Of a stretch of 64,000 nucleotides of DNA, positions 60,872-64,000 are shown one piece after another. Each line of letters starts with the position of its first letter. Within the stretch, counting starts at the first letter, position 1. Below the pieces are notes generated by a model that saw only the letters and a list, made by a program, of their open reading frames with translations, was not told the DNA's origin and ran no database searches. Position numbers and translations under genes: made by a program. Source of the stretch: Schizochytrium sp. TIO01 (taxonomy: Eukaryota; Protista; Bigyra: Labyrinthulomycetes); NCBI GenBank assembly GCA_004764695.1, contig SMSO01000033.1:2480001-2544000 (forward strand), written 5' to 3'.

Positions 60872-61885
60872 ACTGGTTCTGTCAAATAGGTACCTAGGAT
60901 GTATTGTTTGCTTCTCCTTTGCGGTGAGAAAGCAATCAAATTCTAATGACCTCTTCTCTTTTTTGTCAATGCCCCGCATGACTTGTCACATTTGCCCAAC
61001 GTCTATCACACCCTTTTCACTTCATCGTAGATATCTCTAGCTAGGTAGATACTTTTTTTTTCCTACTCCATTAAAAATAATAAAAGAATTACGTCCAGTT
61101 TTGAAGTTATTCATAATCCCAACCCACATACATTTAGTCCTCCTATACATACAATTTGTTGTTGTTTTTGCCGCCGCGAATGGGAGTACGAGTTTGGTTT
61201 GAACCTCTCATTTTTTACATGTACAAAGTTGATCATTTCAAAAGAAAACAAGGCCACCACTTTTTGCCCCTAAATACGACTATCCACATTTGTCCAGAAA
61301 AATGAAAAGTAAAGGTAAGACGACAAGGCACATCTAACAACTTCAAGTGAGGACATGACTCCTTGGCGTTCTGCAAAATAAGTAGTCACGATACTATGAC
61401 ATGGTATCGTATTCGATTTTACCAAGGTATAAAGAACATAGACACGAGTGAATCTCGATCATTGTTTTTAGGTTTTTGAGTATTTAGTTAAAGGGGAGAG
61501 TAGCATGAAGAAGCAGGGTAATGAAAGAGTAACGAGCGGGATCTGGGCTGAATTCTTGTTTAGAAGTAAAGGAGATGATGCTGTCGCATGTGTAAGGATA
61601 TGTTGTCATTCCGCGAGCGCATAATCTCTGCTAGTACCCCGCAACCAGGACTTGCTCAAGATCATTAACAAACAAACAAACAAACAAATAAAGAAAGCCT
61701 ACTAACCGCCGCCGCATTCAGACAAAACGGTGGTCTCTCGGCAATCGCATCTGCTTGCCCATCCGCCCATGAATGTGCGGGCTTCGCAAGATGTTCAAGG
61801 GCCTTGGGCTATCTTGAACAAAGAGAAGATGGATATGGTTTGAGCAGAAGAAACTGGAAAGTTGTCAGTGAAGTAAACAAGATAT

Positions 61886-62272
61886 TTACTCCATCTGGCC
61901 CTTGATGAAGGTGTCGAAGTCCTCCATGGAGCGGCGGCCCTGGTACTTCTCACCCTCGCCGGATCCGCTCTTGAAGAACTTGAGGGTCGGGTAGCCACGC
62001 ACGCCGTGCTGGTTGCAGAGCTCCTTCTGCTGGGTGCAGTCAACCTTGGCGATGGCGACGTTGTCATCGGCAGAGTACTTGTCGGCGAGCTCCTTCCAGG
62101 TGGGTGCAAGGCGCTTGCAGTGGCCGCACCACGGGGCGTAGAACTTCACGAAGGTGTGCTTGCCGCTGCCGGTGATCTGGTCCTGGGACTTGAGCTCCTC
62201 CTGGGCAGACACCACAGCAACGAGCGCGAGCACGAGCGCGAGCACAGTCATGAGCTTGGCCATCATGGTCAT
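61886..62272 (-). CDS. Single-domain PDI-type thioredoxin with signal peptide (about 128 aa)
   Basis: Hydrophobic signal peptide ending VSA, FVKFYAPWCGHCK, IAKVDCT and GVRGYPTLKFF. Strong GC3 codon bias. Confidence 0.92.
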   Translation of the reverse strand: MTMMAKLMTVLALVLALVAVVSAQEELKSQDQITGSGKHTFVKFYAPWCGHCKRLAPTWKELADKYSADDNVAIAKVDCTQQKELCNQHGVRGYPTLKFFKSGSGEGEKYQGRRSMEDFDTFIKGQME

Positions 62273-64000
62273 CTTGGCTGATACAGAAATATTTAACGAG
62301 CGTACACTCTCAAACAGAACCTGGAAATCCGAGCGGACGAGGCAGCTAAGTACAGCGGCAAGCGGTGGCGAGTGCAGGTGAGTGGATTCGGGTCTGCTGG
62401 AGCGTAGAAGTCGAGTTTCCTCGTCTCCGACTTCCATTCTGTTCTCTCCATATTACCCTTAATAAACTATCTTTTCTCTTTCATTTACATACGAAACTGA
62501 CCCTTTCATCATTTTTGCTGCTGTCTGTCCCACTTTGCTCATACAACCCCTTCTACCCCCCCTTCACTAACCCCCATATTCGACCCCTAGCCCATACTAA
62601 ACTCGTATCACCCAAATAATCGCGCTTCAACGAGGGCCCTTCTAGCACCCCATTTAGCGCAAACAGTAGGAATCTTGCGAAGAGAAAAAGCGAATGGAAA
62701 CGAAGTTGGAGCTGTGAAGAGAGTTGTTGACGATTTACTCGATCAAAACGCCCCGATCTGCGAGGACCGAGGTCCAAAGCCGCCGCAGAGGAGTCCAAAG
62801 TGCGCGGCACCGCCTCGGAAGGGCCGAGCTCCACGTGGAGCGCACGCCCGCGGCGGCTTCTGCTGGCGGGTAAAGCACGAGAAGTCCGATGGCGGTCCTA
62901 ACTGAAAAAGCTTTTATTATTGCGTTTAGTTCCATTTCGTTTAATTTAAAGTTTTATTCATGAAAGATTTATGAAAGTTTTTCTCTTCAAATCATATCAT
63001 CGTTGACAGAAAAACTGTTTTGATAACTAAACTTAATGAGCGTGCCAGACTGGATATCGGGAGAACCTAGGGTTATGCCGGCCTCATAACTTCACTGTAT
63101 GGGTGCGCAGTGTATTAGCCCGGCGCTGGCAGTTTTCCCGAGTAGGGGCCTGGATAGGTTAAAAAGTAGGGGTGTGGGATAGTGGTAGGGGCGAATAGGG
63201 CAAATGGTAGAAGTGCGAGAGACGTGAAAGACGCAAGTGTTAGAGAGTAGGAGGTGGTTAGGGATAATGGTAGAAGTGTGGGAAATGGAGCATATATAAT
63301 AAGTTAATCACGCAGGAGAGATTTGAGGATGTGATCATTGGGATTAGGCTTCTTTGTAAGAACCTACGCGCAGACAGAGATCGCGTTTGGAGATTGTGGA
63401 GACGGGGGATCATGGGGAGTAAAAGGCCTCGGGATTGGAGGTTTGGTCAATAACGCAGAAAGAATCTTGCACATAAGTTAAGCTGCCTTCAAAGGAAAGT
63501 AATGAGTATTGAACCCGGAGGTTGACTCTGGGTTTTACAAATAGGTTATAAAACTAGAACGAATTGGCGGCGGCCTGCATCTGCAAATGCAAGCTTTATA
63601 AAATGATACATTTATACCCAGATGAAGCTTATCCGTGGAAGGATAAAAACAAAAATCGAAGGGATTTGGAAATTAAGGTCTCTCTCGTTACAAAATGCTT
63701 TTTTGGTTCCGAGGGATTGATTCGCCAGAGCTTATGAAACTTTATCAGGCCTAAATGATTGGTGAAATCCGTTTCTCACGTCTTCGTCATAGACATATAG
63801 CAAGGACAGAGTAGACGATGTTTACTTTTTAAACTTTCTAAAACATCTGCGTTGTGATGCGAGTTATATTATCTTTTAAGTCATACAATTTAATACACAC
63901 TGTTGGCACCTTCTTGTGTGATATCAAGCTCTCTACCGCAGAATCGATACTCTCTTTTAAGGTTAATCTTCAGGATTAGCCTTGAAAGAATCGTCTTAGC

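Overview
Eukaryotic genomic DNA with intron-poor genes and microsatellite-rich intergenic regions. It resembles a stramenopile protist such as a thraustochytrid/labyrinthulomycete (inference, not verified). Conventional genes: the 3' end of an ER PDI-like protein (RDEL), an RGS-domain protein, glucose-6-phosphate isomerase, WDR46/UTP7, two tandem Mpv17/PMP22 paralogues, a bZIP factor with Val at the normally invariant Asn, an ABCB6/HMT1-like half transporter and a single-domain WCGHC thioredoxin with a signal peptide. The main find, only partly visible in the ORF track, is a minus-strand 10-exon LRR-ROC-COR-TIR gene (2721-8188, about 1132 aa), a candidate immune receptor. Each of its eight 28-aa LRRs is a separate 84-nt phase-2/phase-2 exon. 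Most sit in a ~338-bp exon+intron tandem array whose introns are near-identical while the exon ends, which build the LRR binding face, vary. Further intact and decayed LRR exons lie upstream of the start exon (9.2-12.5 kb). They flank a compact virus-like block containing a degenerate phage-type Dam methyltransferase-like ORF, an orphan ORF and a broken kinase gene. Two long regions without credible CDS (15.4-36.7 kb and 49.1-58.2 kb) lie upstream of the RGS and bZIP genes, and the first contains a decayed kinase relic. All assignments come from reading motifs by eye; no database searches were run.
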